IMG/VR virus record: IMGVR_UViG_2576861110_000002
Span: 1 to 64,000 of that record
DNA length: 64,000 nt
Reading direction: 5' to 3' (one strand)
Source: an uncultured virus (IMG/VR IMGVR_UViG_2576861110_000002)
Lineage: Duplodnaviria; Heunggongvirae; Uroviricota; Caudoviricetes
Shown: one piece after another, positions 48,463 through 61,016 of the stretch
Layout: each line of letters opens with the position of its first letter
How positions within the stretch are numbered: position 1 is the stretch's first letter
Program-made: the position numbers and the translations under genes
Notes under the pieces: generated by a model
Databases searched by the model: none
Told to the model about the DNA's origin: nothing
What the model saw: the letters and a program-made list of their open reading frames with translations, nothing else

Positions 48463-48750
48463 ATGAGAAACGTCATGAACCACATAATCCATAGTCGATT
48501 TGTGGCTAGTGTTTCTGAATTAAAAAAGAATCCTACAGCAGTTGTACAAAATGCTTTTGGCGAAGCAGTAGCTATTCTGAATAGAAATAATCCAGAATTC
48601 TACTGTGTTCCGGCAGCAATGTATGAACGCATGATGGATCTAATTGAAGATCAGGAACTAATTAAACTAGCCGAGCAAGTTGATACTGACGAAACTGTGA
48701 AGGTATCTATTAATGAGTTACGAGCTAGAGTTCTCAAAAACAGCTCTTAA
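48463..48750 (+). CDS. Phd/YefM (StbD-like) antitoxin
   Basis: ASVSELKKNP...VAILNRNNPEFYCVP...YE. Confidence 0.9.
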   Translation: MRNVMNHIIHSRFVASVSELKKNPTAVVQNAFGEAVAILNRNNPEFYCVPAAMYERMMDLIEDQELIKLAEQVDTDETVKVSINELRARVLKNSS

Positions 48751-48979
48751 AAAGTTTGACAAACTTAACCCACAAATCGCTGAGCAGTTTATTCGTAAGC
48801 TGGAAGCAATCCTAGATAACCCTAAGATACCGAAGAATAAGCTGAGAGGATCAGTTGATCTATATAAGATTAAACTGAAATCAGCAGGATACCGCCTTTT
48901 ATATCAAGTCAAGGATGATGTAGTCGTAGTTCTTGTTCTTGATATAGATAGGCGAGATGTTATCTATAAACAGATGTGA
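48713..48979 (+). CDS. relE: RelE/StbE-family toxin
   Basis: YELEFSKTALKKFDKL...YKIKLKSAGYRLLYQV...RRDVIY; overlaps the antitoxin; terminator at ~48983-49005. Confidence 0.9.
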   Translation: MSYELEFSKTALKKFDKLNPQIAEQFIRKLEAILDNPKIPKNKLRGSVDLYKIKLKSAGYRLLYQVKDDVVVVLVLDIDRRDVIYKQM

Positions 48980-49106
48980 TATAGCCCGCTTTTGCGGGTT
49001 TTTTTATTAATATAAAGTCAGTTTTCTAAAATGGAACTGATTAAAAACCAATAGCAAAAACATCATTAATCTTGTTGCATAAATCTGCATTTTGAGCATC
49101 AAAATT

Positions 49107-49754
49107 ATGCAACAATCTAATCCGATTTTACTAAATCAGCTTAAACAAGATTACATTGCTCTACAGCAACTTGGTTCACCCTTATTAGCATGTCAGGGGA
49201 TGTTTGTTCCTCGTGGCATGGAAGACCTTCGCTTCTTATTTAAAAGTTGCCCACGGCCAATTGTGAGTAATGAAGATCCAGCAGAAGTTCAATATGCTGG
49301 TGGATTTACTGGAATTGTTGCTGGTCCTCCGAAAACCCATTACACAGGCAACCTTCAAATCCTAGTAACTGAAGCAGGGCATGATCAATTATTAGCTGAA
49401 TATGTCGTAGCTAGTGGTGGAATCATCCATGGTGATTATTACGATGGCCGATTAGGAAGTTTTACACGCTCATATGCACTTGAAAACTGTGCTATTCGCT
49501 TTGAGTCAGCTGAGTATGATTCAGATAGCCGATCTCAAGTTATGACTGTCTCTTGCCCAATCGACTATAACTACTTTGGTAGCTTCGCAAACATTGGTAC
49601 CAACGGCAGTATTCAGCCGGGTAAAAAAGAAATTGATGGTACAGCTGAGCTTGTTAATCGAGTTCAGCAAGTGATCAATACTGCTCAACAAGCAACTAAT
49701 CTTGCAAATGCTGTGCAAGGCGTTGGTCGTCAACTGGGCAATCTATTTGGGTGA
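49107..49754 (+). CDS. Tail tube/baseplate tube-fold protein (P1 BplB-like)
   Basis: Size, beta-rich pattern, IDYNYF; first gene after a GGAAC element. Confidence 0.5.
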   Translation: MQQSNPILLNQLKQDYIALQQLGSPLLACQGMFVPRGMEDLRFLFKSCPRPIVSNEDPAEVQYAGGFTGIVAGPPKTHYTGNLQILVTEAGHDQLLAEYVVASGGIIHGDYYDGRLGSFTRSYALENCAIRFESAEYDSDSRSQVMTVSCPIDYNYFGSFANIGTNGSIQPGKKEIDGTAELVNRVQQVINTAQQATNLANAVQGVGRQLGNLFG

Positions 49755-50197
49755 TGGCAATGAAGTTATTACCTGAATCAGAAGGGTATGCTGTAGTTGC
49801 TGGTTCTATCCAGCAACTATCAGAAGAGCTCTATAAAGAATATCAATTATCGGGCTATTCAATTTTGCTTGATGATATCGTAAGAGCATTTTTAGAAGAG
49901 GCTAAATACTATGCAGGTTGGGCGGTATTAGATTGTCAGACTAAAGCTTCTACAAGTATTGAACTGAATGAAACTATTGAACTTAGCGGCGATGAGTACG
50001 TAATCATTCAACCTGTAGTAAAAGCTCATTGTGATCTTTTGCAAGCGAGATTGGTTGAGTCGACTCGTGGACTCGGTGTCGAAAGTTATGGATTATCTGT
50101 CTCGGAAGCTCAACAGATCTATAATGAAAAGAAAGACGCTTTACCAAAGCTTGCATTTTGTATGGCCCCTATAAGTTTTAACATGGGGAACCGTTAA
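49751..50197 (+). CDS. Putative morphogenesis protein
   Basis: Coupled ORF in the tail operon. Confidence 0.55.
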   Translation: MMAMKLLPESEGYAVVAGSIQQLSEELYKEYQLSGYSILLDDIVRAFLEEAKYYAGWAVLDCQTKASTSIELNETIELSGDEYVIIQPVVKAHCDLLQARLVESTRGLGVESYGLSVSEAQQIYNEKKDALPKLAFCMAPISFNMGNR

Positions 50198-51090
50198 TGC
50201 AAATCACCATTGTTTCTGCGGGTAAAATTATTCCAGCTTCTGAGCTCATTAGCGCAACTTTAAGAACTGATCTTGTACCTATTCCAGCATCCATTGAGTT
50301 TACAGTTCAATCAACCACTGAATTAGACTCCCTTTTAAAAGAAGGGGAACAACTTACTGTAAATGACATTTCTCATCCTTTTGAACTTATCAAAGTTACC
50401 CCTTTAAAAACTCAAACTATTAAACAAGATCGCCGTGTTGGTGGCATCTCTTGTATTGGTATTTTGGCTGGTTGTAAAAGACTTATCGAATACTCAAAGC
50501 AAGCAATTATTAGTAATGAAACTTCTTTTAATTCTGTAATTCGAGCTTGTGGGGCAACTATTAGTCTAGGCAATGATCTGCCTTTGCCTAAATTTGTTTG
50601 TTTAAAGGGGAGTATGCCTACACAGCGCTTGGCTCATTATCTACAACAAGAAGCGGCTGTAATTTGCTTTCAAAATAATAAAGTGTCTGCTCAAAAAATT
50701 GATTCTTTCTTCAAAAAGGAACCTATCACAAAACTAGATCCTAGCAGTGTCGTTTGGATATCCAGTAAACCTTTGGAACTGATGCAAAAATCATCTTTTG
50801 TCACAGTTGAGAATAACGGTTCAACGGTTGTTGGTGATGACTCAATAACCCCAGGCCACACTGTTACGCAAAGAGCTGGTTTAGATGCCCGACAAGTCAA
50901 AAACTTGGAAAAAGTTTTGATTATGCGTGGGACCATTATTAGACCACTAAATTTGAACTGGAATGCAGGCGATATATTTGAAATAGATAGTAAGAAGTAT
51001 GTCGTTTTAACTGCTGCACATCATATAGATACAGGCGCAATCGGGGGATCAATGGGGACTTCATCAAAGTTCTGGATTGCTAATTTGTAG
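50197..51090 (+). CDS. Baseplate hub-like protein
   Basis: Directly upstream of the spike gene; LRTDLVPIPASIEFTV. Confidence 0.55.
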   Translation: MQITIVSAGKIIPASELISATLRTDLVPIPASIEFTVQSTTELDSLLKEGEQLTVNDISHPFELIKVTPLKTQTIKQDRRVGGISCIGILAGCKRLIEYSKQAIISNETSFNSVIRACGATISLGNDLPLPKFVCLKGSMPTQRLAHYLQQEAAVICFQNNKVSAQKIDSFFKKEPITKLDPSSVVWISSKPLELMQKSSFVTVENNGSTVVGDDSITPGHTVTQRAGLDARQVKNLEKVLIMRGTIIRPLNLNWNAGDIFEIDSKKYVVLTAAHHIDTGAIGGSMGTSSKFWIANL

Positions 51091-51099
51091 GTCAAATAT

Positions 51100-54000
51100 A
51101 TGAATGGTTTAAAACGTGCAAAGATTTTAAGTTACAACGCAAAAGGTCGTACTGCACAAGTACACATTCATGGTTTAACTGATGGCGCGAGTGAAGGAAT
51201 TACAGCAACTTTTGCCTATCCAGTCGGCGATAGTGATTTAGATACAGAAATTCAAATTGTGGATGGGGAAGACGTCTATGTCTTCTTTGAAAATGGTAAT
51301 GAAGAACGTCCAGTAATCCATAGTTATGTCAGTCACGGAGATGGTGCGATTGTAGGGGTGCGCCGTATTCGACAAGACAATATTGAATTTATCTCTAAAG
51401 AAAATTTAAAAGTAGATTCTGGCACAACCGTTTCAATCAAAACGCCGTTAATGAATGTACAAGCTAATACTCAACAAACTGGTAATAGCACATTAACGGG
51501 AAATAGCACTGTAGTGGGTAATACTTCAGTTGCGGGCAATAGTGCTGTAGCAGGTAGTATGGCCGTTGGCACAACGCTTACGGTTGCAGGTGTGCCTATT
51601 GACCCTAAAGCTATTGAGGGTGCATTTAAAGATGCTCTTGATAAATTAGAAAGTTTAAAGGAAGAGTTAAAAGAACAAGGCGAAAAAATTGATGAAAATA
51701 AAGATCAAGTAAGCCAAGAGATTGAAGAAAAAGTAAAAGAAGTAGAAAAGTTAATTGAAAATATTAAAGATTCTGATGCATTTAAATTGCTTGAAGAAGG
51801 TATCAATCATATTGATGAAGAAGTGCAAAAAATACATGATCAAGTAAAAGAAGTTGGTCAAATTGCGCAAAATAAAGTTGATGAAGTAAGAGCTTATATT
51901 GATCAAGAAATTATTGATACCAAACTAATTGTTGAACAGCATGCCAGTGATGCAAACATTCGTTTAGATGAAGCCAACCAACGTATTGATCAGTCTATTC
52001 AAGCGAATGAAGCGCTGGTTGCAGATGCTCAGCAACGTGCAATTCGTGCTGAAAAAGAACTCGATGACAAAATCGGATTTATTAAAAGAGAAACAGATTC
52101 AATCATTGCTGATGTAAGAAGTGATGCAGATGAAATTCGATTAGTCGCAGAAAATGCAAAAAAAGTAGCTGATCAAGAAGTTCTAGACCGTAAAAAACAA
52201 GCTGCTGATACTCTTATTGTTATTGATCAAACTAAGGCCGCCTTAAAACAAGACATTGATCAAAACTTAGTAAAAGCTGGTCAAATGATTGATGATGCTA
52301 AATTAGCATTAGGTGAAGAAACTAATACACTCATCAATCAAAAAATTGAACCTATTGTTAACCAAACTGAAGCTGCAGTTAAAAAAGTTGATCAAGTTGC
52401 AGCCCAGTATGTTGACCTAGATAAAAAAGTCGATTCGGGTCTTCTAGCTGAAGCTGAAGCACGTGCAAATGATAAAGAGGCTTTAACTCAAAGTTTTGAG
52501 CTTAAGTTTGCTGAAATGCAAAACGAATTCGGTAAGTCAAACGCTCTAATTTCAGAAGAAATAAAAACTCTAGCAGCTCAAGATAAAGCGTTTACTGAGC
52601 AAATTAGCACCGCACAATCACAAATTGGTGACAACAAAACTGCTATTAACAAAGTCGAACGTACTGTAAGTGATTTGAATCAATCTATTGCTGAGAAAAC
52701 CTCACAAATTGAATCTACTCTTAAAAACTCACAAGAACAAATAGAAGGTAATGCCGCAAACATCGAAAAAGTAGAATCTTCAGTGAAACTTGTTGATGAG
52801 AAGGTTGTTTCAGAAGCAAAAAAACTTGAAGAACTAAAAACTGACTTTAATTCGAATAAAACTAAAACAGAGTCGGATATAGCAACAATTGCTCAAACAG
52901 TTTCTGATGGTGATAAAGCCTTATCTTTACGTATCGACTAAACGAAAGCAGCTTTGGAAGAAGCTGATCGGAAATCTAATGCAAATATTTTAGAAGTTAC
53001 TGAGTCACTTACCGAGTTGGAACAGTCTACTGCTTCGAAATTTAGTGAACTTGATACAAGTATCTCTAAAGAAAACTTAAAGGTACAAGGGCAAATTACT
53101 GATATTCAAAAAAGTGTTTCGACCTTAGAAAGTAATACAAATACAAGCATAAATGGCCTTTCATCATCACTTAAAACTACTGATGATCTTGCAAAACTGG
53201 CTTTTGATAATGCAGCAGAAGCGCAGCAAACAGGAACAACGGCGGTAAAAGCTACCGAAGCCCTTTCTCAAAATTTATTAAGTCTAAAATCTCAAACTCA
53301 AGTAACTTCTGGGGTACGTGCAGTCGTCACGACAAAAGGTATTGATGACTGGACACGTTGGCGTACCACTGCAGAAGCGAAAGTAATTCAAGATTCTGAT
53401 GCACTAGGTGGTTATATTCTTGAGCTTGGGAATAATGCTGATAATGATGAAACATGGGTTCATTGGAATGAGTTTGTAAAAATTAACCCAGATACACTTT
53501 ATCGGGTTCGTGCACGTTTCCGCCGTGTACTCGGTGAAAATGGATCTATTTATCTTGGTGTTGCATGTAAAAATGCAGACCAAAGTAAATACGTAACGAC
53601 TACAAACACCCTTGCAGAAGATATGGGTTCTTCTAACTACTTATTGTCGGCCATTAAACCTAATTTAGGTGAGTGGCAAGAAGTAGTTCTATACATGAAG
53701 GGTAAGTCTACTGGGGCAGCAACTGGCTTAGGGACAATTGATAATCCGCGTACTTTCCCCGCGCAAGCTGAATTTTATGCCCCAATCTTTATTGCAAACT
53801 ACAACTTCCAGACAGGAATTTGTCAGCTTAATTACATTATTGTTGAAGATAACAACTCATTAGCTTCAGCTAATGATGCAACCGCAACAGCAAATGATTT
53901 ATTCAAAACAGCAACTAACAGAACAGAAGCTGAAGCTGAAAGGACCAGTAAGCTTGAAACAAGAATGCAGAATGCAGAAACAGGTATTCAGAGCAATGCT

Positions 54001-57000
54001 CAAGCTTTATTGAAAACAGCTACAAAGAGTGATCTCGAAAGTGCAATGGGCCGTGTATCGACTGATATAACAGCTGCTGTAGATAATTTAAAAATCGGTG
54101 GTGTTAATGCTGTTGCTAATTCAGAAGCTCCTAGAACATCGACAGCTACAACAAGTCGTGAATACTTAATGTATGAACGAAGCAAAGAGTTAAAAGTTTT
54201 TTATGACGAAAACTTAGATAAGCCGGTTACCATTTCATTTGAAGTGAGTGTACCTGTTGCCGGTTCGGTTCAGGTTTACTCATCTAATGGTTCTGCCCAC
54301 TTTTTCACAACTTCAGTTACAGTAACTAAAGCAAATGAATTTCAAAAATTTGCAGTGACGGTTTTTCCTAAATTAAACACTGGCAGTTCAACTGAATCTA
54401 CAATTGAGTTTTACGGTACATATGGCTCAGGCCGAATTCCAACAATTCAAAAATTACAGATCGAAGCCGGCAATAAACCTACAGCATGGAGCCCAAGCCC
54501 TCGGGATACGCAAAGCTCATTAAATGCTAATGCAGAAGCGATTAAGATCACTCAAGCGGAAGTTAAGAAGCACGGCGAAACATTGTCTTCTCAAAGTTTA
54601 GATATTTCTAAGCTTAGAAATGATCTAAATTTAACTAATAATGAAGTAAATAAAAAGGCTTCGTCAGAAGCATTGGAAGCAACGAAATCAGATGTAACAG
54701 AACAAGCTGGACAGATTAAAGCAGTTACAGAGCAAGCAACAGCACTCTCTGCAAGTTTGAGTAGAGCCGCAGCTGCTGGTTCGAATTTGCTTATCCAGTC
54801 AAATGTTGTGGGTAAATATAACGGAACTTCATATCCTCATCTTTCATATAAGCTAGGCGAGGATTGGGAGGTAGGCGCAAAATACACTTTAATGTGGTGT
54901 GCCGAACATCAAAGAAATGGTGCGGATACAAACTCTAATTTGGCAGTTTATGCTGGGGGAGGTCAGCAAGCCTTACAATCCGTTGTTAATACAAATGGCA
55001 AAGTTATTAATAAAATAACCTTTGTTAAAAATAATCAAGTTATTGAAAAACGTGCTTTAAATTTTTACATGATTAACAGTCCTACTGCTGCTCAAGGTTC
55101 AGTCGGAACGGTTTATTGGGCAGTGCTTGTCAGGGGTGACTTAATCACTACTGAATCGTGGATCCCCAGTGCTTATGACTACAACGCTGCAGTAGACCAA
55201 GTTAATGCAAACTTTAATGATTTCAAACAAACATATGTGACTGAAAAGGAGGCACTAACAAAGAGAACATCAAGTCTTGAAACTGGACTTTCAAATGCTG
55301 AAAAAAATATCGATAACACCGCAAAAGCACTGCAGAACTATGCAACCACAGCAAAGTTAGACGAAGCTACAGCAAATCAAACTAATCAGCTTAATGCTCA
55401 AATTAAAAATGTTAAAGCATCTATTGAATCTGCTAATGATAGTGACTCATTACTGCCAGATTTTAATTTAAAAAACCCTGAAGATTGGATTAATTACTAT
55501 AGTTATGATTTGAAAATCCACTTTAAAACAACTAATACAGGTAAAGTTGGCAATACTGTCTTTAGAAAAGATTCTTCGAATCAAGCAGGATGTTGGATAT
55601 ATAGCCGTAAAGCTTTACCGACAAATCGTTCATATAAAGTTAGCTTTTGGGTCCGCCGAAGTGCAGATTCTACAGGTGATTGCAGCATTACGGCTATGTA
55701 TGGCAAAGCTGATGGTAGTTTTTCAAATGCTACAATCACTGCATCAGCGATTGCTTTAATTAGAATTCCAGCAAACGAAGAATGGGTATATATCGAACAG
55801 GTTGTAACTTTTAATACTCATCCACAAATGAAGTTAGGTTTTGCGCTTGGACACAATGGCAGTGGTGGTTGGTGGGAGTTACAAGCTTATCGGGTAAATA
55901 GCGTTTTCACAGACAAAGATGTAGACACATCACTTGTACGCGCTACACAACTACAAAATTATTCGACTACTGCTGACACAAATAAAGCAGTTGCCGCAGC
56001 TACAGATGCATTGGAAGCAAAATTTAAGCAGAAGTTCGGAAATTTATGGACAGATAGTTCAGCAACACTGGATAGCACCCGTTATACAAAAGCAGAAACA
56101 AATAAAGCTATAGCTGAAGAAAGTAAAATTCTAAAAGCAACAATCTCGTCAAGTGGTGGAGACAATTTAATCAAGAATGGTGATTTCTATGCGCCTTTTT
56201 CAATCTCTAACTGGCGTCAGAATGCTGTTGTTGAAGGTAATGTTCTAGAAGTTTTTAAGGATGCTTATGGCGCAAACTGGGGGAGATTCCGCTCTACGAA
56301 TTCGTCTACATATTTTAAAGGTTTTATCGAGTCAATTACGATAGCTGATGGTTTAGAAATAAATCAAACCTATACGTTGTCACTTAAAGCCAAAGCTCTA
56401 ACTGCAGCACAAAAAACTTTGCTATTAATCATCCATAGATATGATGGTAGCAGTAATAATCAGGTTGTTAATGAATGGAATATTGCAACAGATAAAGAAG
56501 TATTATGTACTTATACTTTTGATACAAATATCAATAACTTACAGTATATTAATATTATCCTATGTGCTCAAGTAGGGTATGCTCCTGATTTCTTAATTCG
56601 AGAAGTTCAATTAGAGAAAGGTGAGTTAGCAACAGGATTTAGAAAAAATCCTCGTGAAATTGAGAAAGGTTTAGAAGCTAACTCATTAGCAATTACAGGT
56701 ACTAAAACAGATGTTCAGAAAAATTTAGAAAAGATCCAAGTACTAACTGAAAATTATACAACTCTGAAATCTACTGTTGATACGAATAAATTAACAGTTG
56801 ATGGGAAGTTTCAGGAAATAAACTCTACAATTAGTGATAATCAACAAAATATAACCCAATCAATTAATAGCTTAGATTCTAATTACAAGCAGTTAAATCA
56901 AGATCTAGGACAAGTCTTTAATTACAGAGTTTATTCTTCAGGCTGGAATAATGATTTTACTGGAATCAAGAACTTAAAAGGTGAGACTATATCTGTAGCT

Positions 57001-60000
57001 TCTAACCGCGGCTTTTCTGTGCATGTTTTAGCAGCAGATGGCTCGATTGCAACTTCAACTCGATATGACACATATGGTGACCCTGCAAACGCCGTTGCCA
57101 TGAGTAATGCTATTAATGAAATACCTAAAGATACTTTTGTGATAATCACAAATTATGATTACATTGCTATGAATTTAAACACAGTTAAAGCTGCGTTACT
57201 TTCATTAGGTGCAAATCAATTTACTCTTGATCAGATTACGGGAAGGGATGCATATATCCTAATTGGTCAGAAAGGAATAGGGGCTGGAAGAGGTATTGAG
57301 CTCCATGCAACTCCTGATTCTGGTCTGAATGGTGCAAAACAGATAATGGTTGCTGTTCAGGTCGTTAGTGGCATTCCTCTAGGTTTGGCAAATAACAGTG
57401 GAAACTTGCAAAAAGTTTTGGAAAATCATGCTCAAATTCTTCAACAAAAAATTACTCGATCTGATGCAAAAGAAGTATTTGCAGAAGAAATAAAATCCTT
57501 TTCAGCAAAACTAGATACTATTCAATACGCAGAAGACAATTGGATTTTATTAGGAGATGAAACCAAAACATTAAATGTTTCAACAGGCACAAATCAAACT
57601 TTTCCGGTCTGGGAACTACAATATAAAATTAAAGAACTACCAATCGCTAAAGGTGATCCTGTAGTTATACGAATCAAATATAATGCTTCGGCAGGTCTAA
57701 TTGGTGCAGTTTGTACCATCCAATTTCACGGCGCGGTATATGGGCTTGGTTTACCATTATTTACTGTTCAAGCAAGTGGAGAATTAGAATTAACGGGGAT
57801 TTTTCCAAGTGATGTAAAAGCTACGAATTTTGAATTTGTTCCTCTGGGTTTAAGATTTGATAATGCTCCTTCAGCGGGCACATTTTCAGTTTCGAATATT
57901 TTCATTAGCCGAGGAAATTCTGCTCCTAATTTCAAAGGAGGATTTAAAACTACTCTTAAACAAAATGCGAAATTTGTGGAAGATACATTTATCAATGCTG
58001 ATGTTAACAAAGGTGTTATTGCACAACAAATTCAGCAATATGACGCTTCTGTACCAGGTGGACTTTCAACGGTATTAAAAACTACTAAAGCAGCAGCGGA
58101 TCAAACATCAAAAGATTTAATTAATCTTCGTAATAATGATATTACTCAGCTCCAAACAAGCACCGACAATCTGGGTTCAGCATTAGAAAATACAACTAAG
58201 CTTGCAATGATGATTACTAACGGTAAGTTGCTTTACGGTGATGTAAATTTCAAGAAAGGAATGAACAACGTCGGCACTTATAACAATCTAGGCAATGGTA
58301 CAGTTAGTGTTACTCGTGAAGCTAAAAGTGCTGACAATCCGACAACTTCAACTCATGAACTTAGAATCGTTACAACTGGTTCAGCAAGCCCGAATTTCGG
58401 CGGTTTTCATCAACAGTTTTTCACACGTTCAAATGCTATTTTTATCATTAAATACCTGATTAAATTACCTATCGGCTACAAGTTATATCCTGCAGCAAAT
58501 TTAATGGGCGATGGATCAGTAGATAAATTCATTGGTAGCACTGACGGGACGGGGAGATTTGAAGTTTATGTTCGTATGGTTAAATCCGGTGCCACCGGAA
58601 GATTCGATACTTCTGGATTCGTACATGTAGCGGGTGGACCAGCCCCAACACCTGAAAGCCCTCTAATCTGGACTTTAGCTCAAATTGAATGTTATGACGT
58701 AACTGACTATGCATCTGCAGATCCTAATTTACAAGATTTCGTTTCCACAGCTAACGAGTCATTAGGGACATTAACTAATTTTAAGGAGACATGGGCAAGT
58801 AAGCTTACTGAAATGTCTTCTAAATTGGATAGAACTAATAGTGCATATATTCTTAATTCTGACCTCACAAATACAAATATTGAAAGAGCAATTGCTGCAT
58901 CGTCAAATCAGTTAAAGTCGGAATATATTGATCCATTACAGAAAAATACTGAAAGCTTAAAAGAAAATATTTTAACGAATGTTGACTTATCAGGTTTGAA
59001 TCCAGATATTTACTATCCTGTTATCTTTCAGTTGGCTACCGGTAAGCAAAAGTATGATTTTAAAGTATTTTGTACTTTAGGCGGCCAAAATAATAGTAAT
59101 GTGCCTTGGGCTACACATGGTACACGCTCTTTCGGTCTTAATTGTGAATGGAGTGTTACCGCCAATGGATGGGGTACTCAAGCAGAAAATAGAATTATTG
59201 ATAAGTTCTCTTTTAGCTGGACTGCACAATCACCTTTAATAAATATTAAGCAAATGCCTAACTCTTCAATTGAAACTGTCTTTTTACGGGGTGGGGCGAG
59301 ATATGATATTTCACACTATAAAACGATTACACCACTTATTAAAACTGAGTCTTTCACAGCTTTGGGACAATCTATTGAACCAATTCAATATAATTCGTCA
59401 CTTGTACCAGTACCAATTTTTGCAGAAATTGTAAAAGCTCAAGACACAGCTGCTGCAGCATCTAGAACAGTTGCTGACATACAAAGAGATTATGTGACTT
59501 CTTCAAAATTGAATGAGGCAGTTGCTTCATCCAATGAACGATTATCAGCCCTCTATTCAGCAAATAGCCAAACCATTATGGCGTCTGCTTTGCAAACTTT
59601 TGAGAAAGATTGGATTATTAGAACGCCTAGCGGCTCAAGAATAGGTATGCGTTTAATTGAAGATCAAACTTGTCGTGGTGGTTATGCATTACGAATGGGA
59701 GATAATTCTGGCAACGATGAAATCTGGCTAAACTGGTTCTCTACCTTACCAATTGATGATAATAAGATGTACCGGATTAAATACCGCTACAGAAGGGTGT
59801 CAGGTGCTGGTGTCGTTTATGTGGGGGCCACCTGTTTTAATGCCGCAAAATCTGCATTTATTACAGATGCGAATTACATAAATGGAGATATTGGCTCAAG
59901 TCATTATGTGGTTGGAGGCGCTGCTCCTGCCTTGGGTTCTTGGGTAACTGGAGTTGCTTATTTCAAGGGTAGATCTGCTGGTGCAAGTAGTGGGGCTGGA

Positions 60001-60681
60001 ACGCTTGCTAACCCTAAAACATTCGCAAATAAAGCAGCTTTCTTTACACCTGTTTTTATTGGTAATTATTCAGCTCAAGCAGGCGAAGTAGATCTTGATT
60101 ACATTGATATTGAAGATGCAGACAATATTGCTGAATTTGAGAGTTTCAGGACCACTTATACAACTGATGTAGGAGCTTATGCAGGTTCTCTTCAAACCCT
60201 AACTTCTGTTTATGGTCCAAATGCAATTAATCTTAAGTCTCAAGTTGATTTGATCAATGGGATGAAAGGTAAATATGTAATGGGTATGGATAACAACGGC
60301 GTTTTCTCAGGTTTATCCATGGTAAGTGAACAAAATAATGGAACTGTCCAAACTTCTATAGGTTTCCAAGCTGATAGAATTTTCTTCACAACAGGTACTT
60401 CTTCTACTAAATACATGCCGTTTATAGTCCAAGACAATCAAGTCATTATGAATAGTGATGTATTTATTAAGAATTTGACCGCAGCAAACTTCAAAGCGAA
60501 GTCTTTAACAGCTGAACTGTTTAAAGTCGATAAATTGAGCGCGATTGCTGGTGAGTTGGGGACATTAACTACCTACAAGGATCCGGCTAAACCCAATGGT
60601 GCAAGGATGGTTTTAAGCGGCAGTTTAATTACGGTTTACGACGATAATAATGTTGTCAGGGTTAAATTAGGGCTGTGGTAG
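51100..60681 (+). pseudogene. Baseplate spike (gpV/gp5 OB fold) fused to a giant central fibre with carbohydrate-binding-like, ILEI/PANDER-like and J-type C-terminal (DUF1983-like) domains; one in-frame TAA at 52939-52941
   Basis: ORFs 51100-52941 and 52954-60681 share a frame; junction reads RID*TKAAL; N-terminal VYVFFENGNEERPV; C-terminal KYVMGMDNNGVFSG...FQADRI...RVKLGLW. Confidence 0.8.
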
Positions 60682-60725
60682 TGAAGAGGGGCTAGTTATC
60701 TAGCCCTTTATTTTTGGAGGACAAT

Positions 60726-61016
60726 ATGCCACAAGGCTTACAAGTATTTGATGAGTCTAAGAATATATTATTAGATGCTACTACTCGTATTACTAGACTT
60801 ATTGGTAGGGTTGAAGGTGGTAGTCCTCCCGGTATCTCAGGTTCAGTAACAATACCTACTGACAGTATTGGTAATGGTAATATATTTTTTATTATCGATT
60901 TATTACCCGGCTATGGAAGTAATCTTGCAGAGATGACCTACAATAAATTAACTATTTCAGGTAATACAATTAACTATGCAGGTCTAGTTACTGGATTCTA
61001 TTATGGGGTTTATTAA
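60726..61016 (+). CDS. Tail-tip associated protein
   Basis: MPQGLQVFDE...YYGVY pattern typical downstream of J-like fibres. Confidence 0.65.
   Translation: MPQGLQVFDESKNILLDATTRITRLIGRVEGGSPPGISGSVTIPTDSIGNGNIFFIIDLLPGYGSNLAEMTYNKLTISGNTINYAGLVTGFYYGVY

Noticed and set aside
52954..60681. Independent gene starting at TTG 52954
   Set aside because: No SD, same frame as the upstream ORF, and the coiled-coil repeat continues through the stop
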